Shown here piece by piece: positions 53,451 through 63,554 of a stretch of DNA of 64,000 bases. The stretch's first letter is position 1. The number at the start of each line of letters is the position of its first letter. The notes under the pieces are model-generated. The model was given only the letters and a program-made list of their open reading frames with translations, did not search any database and was not told the DNA's origin. This DNA is from an uncultured Gammaproteobacteria bacterium (lineage in GTDB: Bacteria; Patescibacteriota; Patescibacteriia; Magasanikbacterales; GWA2-37-8). The stretch covers positions 5,228 through 69,227 of the forward strand of contig CAYXJO010000007.1 in assembly GCA_964465205.1 (NCBI GenBank). Reading direction: 5' to 3'. Position numbers and translations under genes: made by a program.

Positions 53451-54743
53451 ATGAAGGTTTTTATTAAGGATTTTGTGAACAAAGTCGGAGAAGAAGTGAA
53501 GGTTTTGGGATGGTTATACAATATGCGCTCTTCCGGGCCGATTGCGTTTTTGGAGTTACGCGATGGCACTGGTTGGACTCAGGCCGTAGCGGTGAAAAAA
53601 GACCTACCTGACACCATTTGGGCCGAAGTAGAGAGGGTGGGGCAAGAAGCGTCCGTGGAAGTAGTGGGTGTCGTATCAAAACATCCCAAAAAAGATAATG
53701 TGTTTGAGTTACAACTTAAAGATTTTAAAATTTTACAAAATGCGGTAGATTATCCGATTGCGCTCAAAGATCACGGTCCGGATTTTTTGTTGGACAATCG
53801 TCATTTGTGGTTGCGCAGCAAGAAGCAATGGGCAATTATGCGCGTGCGAGACGCGATTATTACTGCCATAAATGATTATTTGCATCAAGAAAATTTTATT
53901 CGTACAGACAGTCCTATTCTTACCCCCAATGCTTGCGAGGGGACAACCACATTATTCCCGGTTCCGTATTTTGATTTGGGAACGGCGTATTTATCCCAGA
54001 CCGGTCAATTATATATTGAAGCCGCCATCGCTTCCGTTGGGCGTTGTTATGATTTTGGTCCGGTATTCCGCGCGGAAAAGTCCAAAACCAAGCGCCATCT
54101 CACCGAGTTTTGGATGATGGATGCTGAAGGCGCGTTTGTCGAACATGAAGAAAACTTGAACATCCAAGAAGGATTGGTGCGACACATTATTCGCCATTGT
54201 TTGGCCAACTGTTTGGACGAACTGGCTATTTTGGAACGTGACGTAGAAAAATTGAAAAAAGCAGACGCGCCTTTTAAGCGCTATACTTACGACGAAGCAA
54301 TACCAAAATTGCATGAACTCGGAAGCGATATTAAGTACGGTGATGATTTGGGAAATGATGATGAGGGGTTGTTGACCAAAGATAGTGATGTGCCGGTATT
54401 TATCGAGAAGTGGCCCAAAACAATCAAACCGTTTTACATGAAACGCGACCCGGAAAATTCCGATCGTGTGCTCAACGATGATTTGATCGCGACTGATGGC
54501 GGAGGAGAGTTGATTGGCGGCAGCCAACGTGAGGATAATTATGATTTTTTGCTGGAACGTATCAAGGCGGAGGGATTGAATGTTTCTGACTACGAGTGGT
54601 ATTTGGATTTACGTAAATACGGCAGTGTGCCACATTCCGGATTTGGTATCGGCCTCGAACGTGCGGTGCGTTGGATCTGTGGCATTGAACATGTGCGTGA
54701 ATGCATACTTTTTCCGCGCACGATTGGCAGATTACGGCCATAA
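53451..54743 (+). CDS. asnS: Asparaginyl-tRNA synthetase (class IIb; could alternatively be an archaeal-type non-discriminating AspRS)
   Basis: FRAEKSKTKRHLTEFWMMDAE (motif 2), GGSQREDNYDFLLERIKAEGLNVSDYEWYLDLRKYGSVPHSGFGIGLER (motif 3 region, AsnRS-like YxWYxDLRxYG). 430 aa. Confidence 0.65.
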   Translation: MKVFIKDFVNKVGEEVKVLGWLYNMRSSGPIAFLELRDGTGWTQAVAVKKDLPDTIWAEVERVGQEASVEVVGVVSKHPKKDNVFELQLKDFKILQNAVDYPIALKDHGPDFLLDNRHLWLRSKKQWAIMRVRDAIITAINDYLHQENFIRTDSPILTPNACEGTTTLFPVPYFDLGTAYLSQTGQLYIEAAIASVGRCYDFGPVFRAEKSKTKRHLTEFWMMDAEGAFVEHEENLNIQEGLVRHIIRHCLANCLDELAILERDVEKLKKADAPFKRYTYDEAIPKLHELGSDIKYGDDLGNDDEGLLTKDSDVPVFIEKWPKTIKPFYMKRDPENSDRVLNDDLIATDGGGELIGGSQREDNYDFLLERIKAEGLNVSDYEWYLDLRKYGSVPHSGFGIGLERAVRWICGIEHVRECILFPRTIGRLRP

Positions 54744-54765
54744 TATTCGTTATAAAAACCGCAGG

Positions 54766-55794
54766 TTACTCCTGCGGTTTTAAATTTACCATTACTATTT
54801 CTGGCAGTGTCCAAAATCTTACCGCACCACCACTTTCTCCCAAGCCGACAGTAGTGTATATCGGTGTGTTGTTATAATGATTTAATCCACGATAAAATTG
54901 ATCTGGCAAATTGATTCCCGCTTCACCCAGTGGTCCGACTATGGGTAAATACACCTGCCCGCCATGAGTGTGCCCAGCGAGTACTAGGTCGGGTTGTTTT
55001 GTGTTAGTTGGCCAAGATATGATCGCGTCCGGATTATGCGTGAGTAATATTATGGGCGATATTTGATCCCATTTATTTAAATTGGTGTATTCGACAGTCG
55101 CGCCCCATGGGTCATCGGCTCCGTATATGCAAATTATTTGTTGTTTTATTTTGGGACAGACAATTTCGTTTCGAAGTAGAGGAATACTGATTTTTTGGAA
55201 CCGCTCAATTAGCTCGCGCGAGCGATCGCCCAGCCAATATCTCGGGTCATCTTTTACTTGATTGCCTATCCCGTATTCGTGATTGCCCAATACAGCATAG
55301 ATTGGATATTTCTCGGCTAGAGCTTGAAGAGGTTCCAAATATACACTCTCGTCTTCTGGGTTGCCTTCATTGTCAATTTGGTCGCCGCCCAACAAAATCA
55401 GGTCGGGCCTTTCTTGATTTATCCGCTCAACAATTTTTTCTACCCAAGCGGATTTTTTGTGGTTACCAACCTGGATATCGGAAATAAAAGCGATTTTTAT
55501 TGATTGAGATAACTTGGAAGAGGTGATTTTTGTAGTCGTAGTTTTTATGGTCCATGGTTCTATTAAATGGGCGTTAAATGCCGCCAGAATTCCAGTTGTC
55601 ATTATAATAACCGCGATATATGATAGTAATTTATGGCGATTAAAAAAAATACCAGTGATTTTAATGTCGCGGGCAATGATAAAAATTAGATATCCGGCTA
55701 GCAGTATATAGCCGTAGATTACAATAGAATAATAATTCATAGTCACGGTATTAATTGTATCATTTTTTATTGTTATTGCCAATTTTATGAACAT
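54766..55794 (-). CDS. Membrane-anchored metallophosphoesterase (calcineurin-like)
   Basis: N-terminal TM helices, then GDQIDNEG, GNHEY, GHTHGGQ. Confidence 0.85.
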   Translation of the reverse strand: MFIKLAITIKNDTINTVTMNYYSIVIYGYILLAGYLIFIIARDIKITGIFFNRHKLLSYIAVIIMTTGILAAFNAHLIEPWTIKTTTTKITSSKLSQSIKIAFISDIQVGNHKKSAWVEKIVERINQERPDLILLGGDQIDNEGNPEDESVYLEPLQALAEKYPIYAVLGNHEYGIGNQVKDDPRYWLGDRSRELIERFQKISIPLLRNEIVCPKIKQQIICIYGADDPWGATVEYTNLNKWDQISPIILLTHNPDAIISWPTNTKQPDLVLAGHTHGGQVYLPIVGPLGEAGINLPDQFYRGLNHYNNTPIYTTVGLGESGGAVRFWTLPEIVMVNLKPQE

Positions 55795-55886
55795 ACACCA
55801 ACTGTTTTGTAGGCTTGTTTAGGCTAGGCGGATTATAAGTTATTTGCTATAATAATATGGATATTAGCTATTATTTTTAGTTTTAT

Positions 55887-56759
55887 ATGCCGCCAGATAA
55901 ATATACAGCCACGTGGGTTTCGCATAGTTCAATGAGTGATTTTTTGGGATGTCCGCGGGCGTATTTTCTCAAGAATATATACAAAGATCCGAAAACTGGT
56001 CATAAAATAAAACTCATGTCGCCTGCGTTGGCGTTGGGTAGCGCAGTGCATGAGGTCTTGGAATCATTGTCTGTTTTGCCGAAAGGCACTCGTTTTGATG
56101 AGCCACTAATTGAAAAATTTGATCGAGTGTGGAATAAGTTTTCTGGCAAACGAGGTGGTTTTGATAGCGAAGAGACGGAATACGCCTTCAAGCAGCGCGG
56201 TCAAGCGATGTTGCGCATGGTCTATAATCATCAAGGTCCGATTTCTGGATTGGCAGTCAAAATACAAATGGATTTGCCATATTATTGGTTGTCTGAAGAT
56301 GATAATATAATTTTATGCGGCAAAATTGATTGGTTGGAATATTTGCCAGAAAGCGATAGTGTTCATATTATTGATTTTAAAACCGGAAAAAATGAAGAAG
56401 CCGAAGATTCTTTACAATTGCCAATTTATCATTTGTTGGTGCATAATTGTCAAAAACGTAAAGTGACTAAAGCCAGCTACTGGTATTTGGAGACCAGTGA
56501 TATGCCGATTGAAAAACAGTTGCCGGATTTGGCTGATTCGGAATCCAAGGTGCTGTCTGTAGCCAAACAAATTAAATTGGCGCGGCAAATTGGCCGATTC
56601 AAATGTCCGCATGGTGAAGATGGCTGTGGGGCGTGCCGCACATACGAAGCGATTGTTCGCGGCGGTGGGGAGTTGGTGGGGCAGGATGACTTTGGGGCTG
56701 ATATTTATGTTCTAAAACACGCAGAATCAACTGAAGACAGAGAAGGATTGCTGCTTTAA
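55887..56759 (+). CDS. PD-(D/E)XK nuclease superfamily protein (Cas4/RecB-like) with C-terminal Cys cluster
   Basis: GCPRAYFLKNIY, KIDWLEY...HIIDFKTGK (PD-(D/E)XK core), C-terminal CPHGEDGCGAC. Confidence 0.6.
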   Translation: MPPDKYTATWVSHSSMSDFLGCPRAYFLKNIYKDPKTGHKIKLMSPALALGSAVHEVLESLSVLPKGTRFDEPLIEKFDRVWNKFSGKRGGFDSEETEYAFKQRGQAMLRMVYNHQGPISGLAVKIQMDLPYYWLSEDDNIILCGKIDWLEYLPESDSVHIIDFKTGKNEEAEDSLQLPIYHLLVHNCQKRKVTKASYWYLETSDMPIEKQLPDLADSESKVLSVAKQIKLARQIGRFKCPHGEDGCGACRTYEAIVRGGGELVGQDDFGADIYVLKHAESTEDREGLLL

Positions 56760-56767
56760 AATAAACA

Positions 56768-56796
56768 AAAAAACCGTATAAATACGGCTTTTTTGT
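56768..56796 (+). terminator. Intrinsic terminator (ccgtata aa tacgg then T-run)
   Basis: Follows the nuclease stop. The T-run abuts the tRNA 3' end on the other strand. Confidence 0.5.
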
Positions 56797-56802
56797 TACC
56801 TG

Positions 56803-56884
56803 TGGGCGGGGTGGGAATCGAACCCACACTCCCGAAGGAACACGATTTTGAGTCGTGCGCGTCTACCAATTCCGCCACTCGCCC
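56803..56884 (-). tRNA. tRNA-Leu (anticodon CAA), class II with long variable arm
   Basis: Minus strand reads GGGCGAGTGGCGGAATTGGTAGACGCGCACGACTCAAAATCGTGTTCCTTCGGGAGTGTGGGTTCGATTCCCACCCCGCCCA. Anticodon loop is CTCAAAA, T-arm is GTGGGTTCGATTCCCAC, and the variable arm is 13 nt. There is one A-C mismatch in the acceptor stem, and CCA is not encoded. Confidence 0.75.
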
Positions 56885-56912
56885 GATTTTGGTGTATTCA
56901 TTATATATTATC

Positions 56913-56942
56913 TTGGCACAGTTGTCAATTGTGTGTTATAAT
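56913..56942 (+). promoter_or_regulatory. Promoter for parAB (TTGGCA - 18 nt - TATAAT with extended -10 TGn)
   Basis: tcTTGGCAcagttgtcaattgtgtgtTATAATaac, 10 nt upstream of the parA ATG. Confidence 0.5.
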
Positions 56943-56951
56943 AACATCGCT

Positions 56952-57722
56952 ATGCCTACTGTAATATCTGTGGTTAACCAAAAAGGCGGGGTGGGGAAGA
57001 CTACTACCGCCGTAAATTTGGCTGCCGGGCTTTCTGAAGCCGGCAAATTTGTTTTGTTGGTAGATTTGGATCCGCAGGCAAATGCCACTTCGGGTTTGGG
57101 AGTAAAACATTTAGAATTAGATAAAGGCTTGTACCACGCCATCATTGGCGCCAATCGATTGCATGATGTGGTGAACAATACCGCGCACGCTGGGTTACGT
57201 GTGGCACCAGCTACACCCGATTTGGCGGGGGCCAATGTAGAGTTGGTGAGTGTAGATGGGCGCGAGCAAAAATTATCCGACATTTTGGCAGAAGTGAAAC
57301 ACGCTTACGACTATATCATTATCGACTGTCCGCCGTCACTTGGAATTTTGACGCTCAATGGTCTCGTAGCTGCCGATCACATACTTATTCCAGTGCAGGC
57401 AGAATATTATGCTTTGGAAGGTTTGGGACAATTGCTCAAAACAATTGAATTGGTGCGCGATAATATCAAACCAAATTTAAATGTATTGGGTGCGGTGCTT
57501 ACTATGTTCGATAGTCGCAATCGTTTGTCTGAAGAAGTTCTCCATGAATTATACAAATATTTTCCAAATAATATTTTTCGATCAGTAATTCCGCGTACTG
57601 TACGTTTGGCCGAGGCACCCAGTTTTGGTAAAAGTATTTTTCATTATGAACCGCGAGGTAAGGCGGCGCGCTCTTACGAACGTTTGGTGCGTGAATTATT
57701 AGATCATTTTGAACAACAATAA
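56952..57722 (+). CDS. parA: Chromosome partitioning ATPase ParA/Soj
   Basis: MPTVISVVNQKGGVGKTTTAVNLAAGL. The listed ORF start at 56793 is TTG reading through the tRNA and is rejected. Confidence 0.92.
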   Translation: MPTVISVVNQKGGVGKTTTAVNLAAGLSEAGKFVLLVDLDPQANATSGLGVKHLELDKGLYHAIIGANRLHDVVNNTAHAGLRVAPATPDLAGANVELVSVDGREQKLSDILAEVKHAYDYIIIDCPPSLGILTLNGLVAADHILIPVQAEYYALEGLGQLLKTIELVRDNIKPNLNVLGAVLTMFDSRNRLSEEVLHELYKYFPNNIFRSVIPRTVRLAEAPSFGKSIFHYEPRGKAARSYERLVRELLDHFEQQ

Positions 57723-57726
57723 TTTT

Positions 57727-58587
57727 ATGTCATTAGGTAGAGGTTTGGGAGCGTTAATCACTCCTGTTGGACGTCAGACAAAACAATATAATACTTCGGC
57801 TAATACTAATACCAATACCACACCCCAAAAAGTTTGGAGTATTCCTATTACCGAGATTGTCACCAATATCAATCAGCCGCGTAAAACTTTTAGACCAGAA
57901 GAACTGACCGAATTATCAAATTCCATTAAAGAGCATGGTGTTTTGCAACCGGTTTTAGTTACCGAAAAATCAGATGGCGGTTATGAACTTATCGCCGGCG
58001 AACGACGTTTGCGTGCCAGTAAAATGGCCGGACTCGCCACAATCCCGGCGATCATCAAAGATTTGGCGGATCAACAGAAAGTAGAAATTGCTTTGATAGA
58101 AAATATTCAACGCGAAGACCTCAATCCAATCGAAGAAGCTTTCGCGTATAAACGTCTAATTGATGAATTTAATTTAACACAACAAGAAGTGGCCGATAAA
58201 GTGGGCAAGAGTCGTCCAGCTGTAGCCAATAGTGTGCGTTTATTAGATCTGCCTGCCGAAATTCAAGAAGCTTTGATTGAAGACAAAATCAATACCGGCC
58301 AAGCTCGTGCACTGCTTAGTTTGGAGGATAAGACAAAACAATTAGAAGTGTTGTCGTCGATGTTGGGGGAAAAAATTAGTGTGCGGGAAATTGAACGCCA
58401 AGTTGCCGGCAGTCGTGATCCACAAAAATCGCGTCGCGATCCAAATTTATTGTTTTTGGAAAATAAATTACGTGAAACACTGGGGACAAAAGTAACGATT
58501 ACTCAAAAAGGCGAACGTGGTACGGTAGTGATAGATTATTTTTCGAAAGAAGAGTTGAAACGGTTGTTGGATCAGATTACTAAGTAG
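57727..58587 (+). CDS. parB: Chromosome partitioning protein ParB/Spo0J
   Basis: MSLGRGLGALI..., LIENIQREDLNPIEEA, HTH. The listed 57709 start is TTG. Confidence 0.9.
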   Translation: MSLGRGLGALITPVGRQTKQYNTSANTNTNTTPQKVWSIPITEIVTNINQPRKTFRPEELTELSNSIKEHGVLQPVLVTEKSDGGYELIAGERRLRASKMAGLATIPAIIKDLADQQKVEIALIENIQREDLNPIEEAFAYKRLIDEFNLTQQEVADKVGKSRPAVANSVRLLDLPAEIQEALIEDKINTGQARALLSLEDKTKQLEVLSSMLGEKISVREIERQVAGSRDPQKSRRDPNLLFLENKLRETLGTKVTITQKGERGTVVIDYFSKEELKRLLDQITK

Positions 58588-58589
58588 AT

Positions 58590-58628
58590 TAAAAATCTCC
58601 GCTTAACGCGGAGATTTTTAATGATGGT
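58590..58628. terminator. Bidirectional intrinsic terminator (aaaaatctccgc ttaa cgcggagattttt)
   Basis: Perfect 12-bp stem with A and T runs, between convergent parB and rel. Confidence 0.65.
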
Positions 58629-58633
58629 TTGTT

Positions 58634-60133
58634 TTATTTTTTCTTCCCTGGCAATATGCCTTGCAGCCATTCGTTCACGCGTGATTTTGTCAAATTATTT
58701 TTTATATGCGTTTTGGCAGTATGCGTTTTGGCAATTTTAAGCCAATCAGGGCTAGGGCCTTTGCGATTTTTATCGGAAACTATCTCGACTACATCACCAC
58801 TTTTGAGCGGTGTGTCTAGACTGACTAGTTGATCGTTCACTTTGGCTCCATTACAATGATTGCCGATTTCAGTGTGAATGTGATAAGCAAAGTCAATCGG
58901 TGTAGAATCTTCCGGTAAATCGATAACATCACCCTTGGGAGTGAATACGAAAATATGATTATGAAAAAATTCTACTTTCATCACTTCTAGATCAGAAATA
59001 TTATTGAGTATATCCTTTTGAAGTTCGGCCAATTCTTTGGCCCAGATTACATCTTTGGCCGGTAAGCGCATACCGCGTTCGTCATAATGCCAATGTGCCG
59101 CCACACCGTATTCGGCATCGTCGTGCATGAATTGAGTGCGGATTTGAAATTCCACAATACGACCGCCGTCAGCAAACACAGTAGTGTGCAAGGATTGGTA
59201 GCCGTTGGGTTTTGGTTGGGCGATGTAATCTTTGATCCGACCCTTGAGTGGGTGCCACATCTGATGTATTACACCCAAGGTGGCATAGCAATCGGTGATA
59301 TCTTTTACAATTACGCGCATGGCTACTACATCATAAATTTTGTCTATCTCCCAATTTTTCTTTAACAATTTTTGATAAAGGCTGTATAATTGCTTTTCTC
59401 GTCCGTAGGCCTCAAAAAAATTAATTTTAGCCAAGCGCAGTTCATCTTGTACTTGACTAATGATAATTGGCAAATAATCGGTGTTGGTGGCCAATACTTG
59501 TTCTCGTATTTGTTTGACCCGTTCATATTCTTTGGGGTAAACGTACTTGAACGACAAATCTTCAAGTAATTCCTTGAATTCATTCATGCCCAATCGATTC
59601 GCAATTGGAGCATAAATTTCTAGGCTTTCCAGTGCGATGCGATAACGTTTGTTGGGCGGGTGAGCGTCTAGGGTCATGAGGTTGTGTGAGCGGTCGGCGA
59701 ATTTGATAATCATCACACGTACATCCTCGGCCATAGCCACAAACATTTTGCGTAAGTTTTCTATATATCTTTCTACTCCGCGATATTTTAATACGCTTAA
59801 CTTGGTGATTCCGCGTATCATGGAGGCTACATCGGGACCAAAATTTTTTTCAATTATCTCCAAACTGATTTCAGTGTCTTCGGGCACATCATGTAATAGG
59901 GCCGCGACAATAATATTTATATCGATACGCATTTGCGCCAGAATATGTGCTGTGGCCAGTGGGTGGTTGATATACAATTCACCCGATTTCCTAGTTTGAT
60001 TGCCGTGGGCGCGAGCGGCAAAATCATAAGCCAAACGCACCAAATCAAGGTCTTTTTGGCGACTGTATTTTTTGATTTCAGCAATCAATTCGTCGATGGT
60101 GGTATTTTGTGGATCGACGATGTGGTGAGACAT
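58634..60133 (-). CDS. rel: Bifunctional (p)ppGpp synthetase/hydrolase Rel/SpoT (HD, synthetase and TGS domains; no ACT)
   Basis: HD-domain HDVPEDT, synthetase region RVIVKDITDCYATLGVIHQMWHP, and a TGS-like C-terminus. 499 aa. Confidence 0.85.
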   Translation of the reverse strand: MSHHIVDPQNTTIDELIAEIKKYSRQKDLDLVRLAYDFAARAHGNQTRKSGELYINHPLATAHILAQMRIDINIIVAALLHDVPEDTEISLEIIEKNFGPDVASMIRGITKLSVLKYRGVERYIENLRKMFVAMAEDVRVMIIKFADRSHNLMTLDAHPPNKRYRIALESLEIYAPIANRLGMNEFKELLEDLSFKYVYPKEYERVKQIREQVLATNTDYLPIIISQVQDELRLAKINFFEAYGREKQLYSLYQKLLKKNWEIDKIYDVVAMRVIVKDITDCYATLGVIHQMWHPLKGRIKDYIAQPKPNGYQSLHTTVFADGGRIVEFQIRTQFMHDDAEYGVAAHWHYDERGMRLPAKDVIWAKELAELQKDILNNISDLEVMKVEFFHNHIFVFTPKGDVIDLPEDSTPIDFAYHIHTEIGNHCNGAKVNDQLVSLDTPLKSGDVVEIVSDKNRKGPSPDWLKIAKTHTAKTHIKNNLTKSRVNEWLQGILPGKKK

Positions 60134-60136
60134 AGA

Positions 60137-62389
60137 TTAGGGCTTGTATTGGCACTCTTTATTACCACATTTAATTTTGCCTTTGGTGCCATATTCAACT
60201 AAAGGTGCGCCACAGTCTGGGCATTTTTCGCCGGTGGGCTTACCAGGAAGTATGGTTTTGCAATCTGGATAACGATTGCAGGCGTAGAATGGTCCACGGC
60301 GTGATCTTTTCATGACAATTTCGCCCTGCCCGCAGGTGGGGCACTTAATTCCGGTGGAATTATTTTGCTCTACAATGTTAACAATATTTTTGCATTTGGG
60401 ATAACCGGTACATGCCAAGAATGGTCCGTAGCGGCCAACTTTTACTGCCATATCTGATCCACATTTTTCACATTTTGCTCCAGCATGTTTTTCTTTGAGC
60501 GCTTTAATCTGCTCGCTGTCTGCCTGGCCGTCTTTGTCGCGATCAGTGCCAGGCATGGATTTGATGTTTTTACATTCTGGATATCCAGAGCAAGCGAGAA
60601 ATTTACCGTAACGTCCCATTTTGATAATCATTGGCTTGCCACATTTATCGCAAATCTCATCGGATTTTTCTTCGGTTAAATCTTTTTTGTTTAATTCTTT
60701 GTCTTTGGCCATCAGATTATCTTTGAATGGGTCGTAGAATTCAGCAATCAGTTCCTTCCATTTTTCTTCACCGCGCGCTACTTTATCGAAATTTTCTTCC
60801 ATTTGAGCGGTAAATTCCAGATCCACTATCTGTGGAAAGTGCGCGACTAACAAATCGTTGACCACAAAAGCTATTTCTTTGGGCGCTAAACGTTTTTGTT
60901 CGTTGCGTTCTACATATCCACGTTCTTCGATGGTGGCGATGGTGGGGGCGTATGTAGAAGGTCGGCCAATACCGTATTCTTCTAATGCTTTTACTAAAGT
61001 GGCGTCATTGTAGCGTGCCGGCGGTTCGGTGAAATGTTGTTCTGGCTTGAGCTCTTGGCACTCTATTGCCGTACCGGTTGTGAGTGCTGGTAAAATATTT
61101 TCTTTGGATTTATCTGGATATAGTTTGAGAAAACCGTCAAAAACAATTGTTTGTCCCGTCGCACGGAAGGTATATTTATTTTCGCTTTCGATTTCGATAG
61201 TAGTCGCGTTGATTTCCGCTGGGGCCATTTGAGTGGCCATCGCGCGACGCCAGATAAGATCGTATAGACGTAATTGGTTTTTTTCCAAAAAGGGTGCAAC
61301 GTCGTCGGGAGTACGAGCGGCTTCGGTAGGGCGGATGGCTTCATGGGCTTCTTGTGCGTTTTTGCTTTTGTTTTTATAAGTACGGGGTGCATTGAGGGTG
61401 TATTTATCGCCAAATTCTTTTTTGATGGTATCATTTGCCTCGCCCAAAAATTTATCGGATAAGTTTACCGAATCAGTACGCATGTAGGTGATAAGACCGA
61501 CCGAGCCTTCGGATCCGAGTTCGATACCTTCGTAAAGTTGTTGGGCCAATCGCATCGTTTGTTTAGCCGAAAAGCCGAGGCGATTGTTGGCGTCTTGTTG
61601 TAAATATGAAGTGGTAAACGGGGGTGATGGGAAACGTTTAGTATTTTTGGAATCAACCGCGGCGACTGTATATTTAACTTTGTCTAAATCTGCCAAGATT
61701 TTATCTACCTGTTCTTTGTTTTTTATGTCTAGTTTATCTAATTTTTTACCGGCAATCGTATGTAGTTTGGCGGAAAAATTTTCAATTTTTTTAATTTCAG
61801 AAAAAATGCCTTCAATGCTCCAGTATTCGTCGGATTTAAAATTTTGAATTTCGCGTTCGCGTTCCACAATCAAACGTACTGCTACAGATTGAACCCGGCC
61901 AGCCGATAGTCCTTTGGCAATTTTGCGCCAGAGAAAAGGGGAGAGTTCGTAGCCGACCAAGCGATCCAATATGCGGCGCGCTTGTTGAGCGTCTACTAAT
62001 TTGAGATCCAGTGGTCGTGGGTGTTTGAGTGCTTCATCGATAGCATGTTTGGTGATTTCGTGAAACACAATTCTTTTGACGGTTTGAGGGTCAATGTTTA
62101 AAATATTGGCGAGATGCCAAGAAATAGCCTCACCCTCGCGGTCCTCATCGGTAGCGAATAGTACTTCGTCGGCTTTTTTGGCACTGTCTTTGAGCTCCTT
62201 GGCCACTGCCGCTTTATCGCGACTTACTATGTATTGTGGCTCAAAATCATTCTCGATATCTATACCCATTTTGCTTTTGGGTAGATCGCGCACATGCCCA
62301 AAAGAAGACTTCACTACAAAGCCACGGCCTAGGAATTTGGTGATGGTTTTGGCCTTGGTGGGGGATTCTACGATGACTAGTTTGGACAT
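60137..62389 (-). CDS. topA: DNA topoisomerase I with C-terminal zinc ribbons
   Basis: MSKLVIVESPTKAKTI (TOPRIM), catalytic YMRTDS, four C4 zinc-ribbon repeats at the C-terminus. 750 aa. Confidence 0.95.
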   Translation of the reverse strand: MSKLVIVESPTKAKTITKFLGRGFVVKSSFGHVRDLPKSKMGIDIENDFEPQYIVSRDKAAVAKELKDSAKKADEVLFATDEDREGEAISWHLANILNIDPQTVKRIVFHEITKHAIDEALKHPRPLDLKLVDAQQARRILDRLVGYELSPFLWRKIAKGLSAGRVQSVAVRLIVEREREIQNFKSDEYWSIEGIFSEIKKIENFSAKLHTIAGKKLDKLDIKNKEQVDKILADLDKVKYTVAAVDSKNTKRFPSPPFTTSYLQQDANNRLGFSAKQTMRLAQQLYEGIELGSEGSVGLITYMRTDSVNLSDKFLGEANDTIKKEFGDKYTLNAPRTYKNKSKNAQEAHEAIRPTEAARTPDDVAPFLEKNQLRLYDLIWRRAMATQMAPAEINATTIEIESENKYTFRATGQTIVFDGFLKLYPDKSKENILPALTTGTAIECQELKPEQHFTEPPARYNDATLVKALEEYGIGRPSTYAPTIATIEERGYVERNEQKRLAPKEIAFVVNDLLVAHFPQIVDLEFTAQMEENFDKVARGEEKWKELIAEFYDPFKDNLMAKDKELNKKDLTEEKSDEICDKCGKPMIIKMGRYGKFLACSGYPECKNIKSMPGTDRDKDGQADSEQIKALKEKHAGAKCEKCGSDMAVKVGRYGPFLACTGYPKCKNIVNIVEQNNSTGIKCPTCGQGEIVMKRSRRGPFYACNRYPDCKTILPGKPTGEKCPDCGAPLVEYGTKGKIKCGNKECQYKP

Positions 62390-62451
62390 ACAATATTATA
62401 TATATGCTATTCATACTACCCAAAAGCCGAAGAAAAGTCAATTTTGTTGGT

Positions 62452-63540
62452 TCAAATTACCAAAGTATATCTCATGGCACCAATATTTTGAACTTGTTTT
62501 TTCATTTCCATAATTGTGAGCGTGCTCATTACGGTTGGTCCGGGCAGGCCACTAGTTTTGATTATTTCGTCAATATGGCAAGGTTCGCGCGATAAAGCGG
62601 CCAGGATGACAGCTTCTTGAGGTGTATTGGGTGTGGGTAGGTGGGGTTGGATCAGTTTTTGATTGGCCTGTAGATTGAGAGATTCTAGAATATCTTCTGG
62701 TTTGGTGATAGCTCTGGCGCCCAGTTTGAGTAGATTGTTATTCCCAGTACCGGCTAGACTAGTAATAGGGTGTGGCACAGCCATTACTTCACGGTTATAA
62801 TCCAAAGCTACTTGCGCAGTAATTAGTGCGCCCGATTCTTCTGGAGCTTCTATCACCAATGTGCCAAGTGATAATCCAGCGATGATGCGGTTGCGAGCGG
62901 GGAAAGAATAGCTGGTAGGTTCAAATCCGGGCGGATATTCGGAGATGAGCGCTCCACCGGACGAAATAATTTGTTCTGCAAGCGACCGATGACTGGTTGG
63001 ATACACATTGTCTCGATTGACACCCGAACCAAGTACGCCCAAAGTAATACCATGCCCGGCCAAAGCTGATTCGTGCGCGATACCATCGATACCTAGCGCC
63101 AGGCCGCTTACAATGACTACACCCGAATGAGCTAGAGGTTCAACCAAACGCCTGCAGACCAATCGGCCATAATCGGTAAATTTACGCGTACCTACAACCG
63201 CCAATGTGGGGGTGGTATTGGCTGGCATTTGTCCACGTATAAATAATGTAATTGGTGGATCGTTAATTTCGGCAAGTAATTTGGGATAAGCCGGCTCGCC
63301 CAATGATATGACAGTGATTTTTTCTTTGGCCAAACGTTCAGCGATTTTTTCGGAAGGGTTTTTTTCACGCCATTCGATAAATTCATGTGCGATTTCTGGT
63401 TCGATACCGGCAGCTACTAGATCAGGAAGTTCGGCCTGCTCGATATTTTTTAAATCAGAAAAATAAGCCCGCATTTTTTGCCAGCGGGCACGAGTGATCT
63501 TGGGGAAGTGGGCGATATTGGAAGTAGGGCTTGATGACAT
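62452..63540 (-). CDS. dprA: DNA processing protein DprA/Smf
   Basis: GLALGIDGIAHESALAGHGITLGVLGSGVNRDNVYPTSHRSLAEQIISSGGALISEYPPG. Sits immediately upstream of topA, a conserved pairing. Confidence 0.9.
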   Translation of the reverse strand: MSSSPTSNIAHFPKITRARWQKMRAYFSDLKNIEQAELPDLVAAGIEPEIAHEFIEWREKNPSEKIAERLAKEKITVISLGEPAYPKLLAEINDPPITLFIRGQMPANTTPTLAVVGTRKFTDYGRLVCRRLVEPLAHSGVVIVSGLALGIDGIAHESALAGHGITLGVLGSGVNRDNVYPTSHRSLAEQIISSGGALISEYPPGFEPTSYSFPARNRIIAGLSLGTLVIEAPEESGALITAQVALDYNREVMAVPHPITSLAGTGNNNLLKLGARAITKPEDILESLNLQANQKLIQPHLPTPNTPQEAVILAALSREPCHIDEIIKTSGLPGPTVMSTLTIMEMKKQVQNIGAMRYTLVI

Positions 63541-63554
63541 TTGGTGGTGAATAA

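Noticed and set aside
56793-56951. Upstream 53 codons of the listed parA ORF (TTG start at 56793)
   Set aside because: Reads through the tRNA-Leu gene and its promoter region. The genuine ParA N-terminus (MPTVISVVNQKGGVGKTT) starts at the ATG at 56952.
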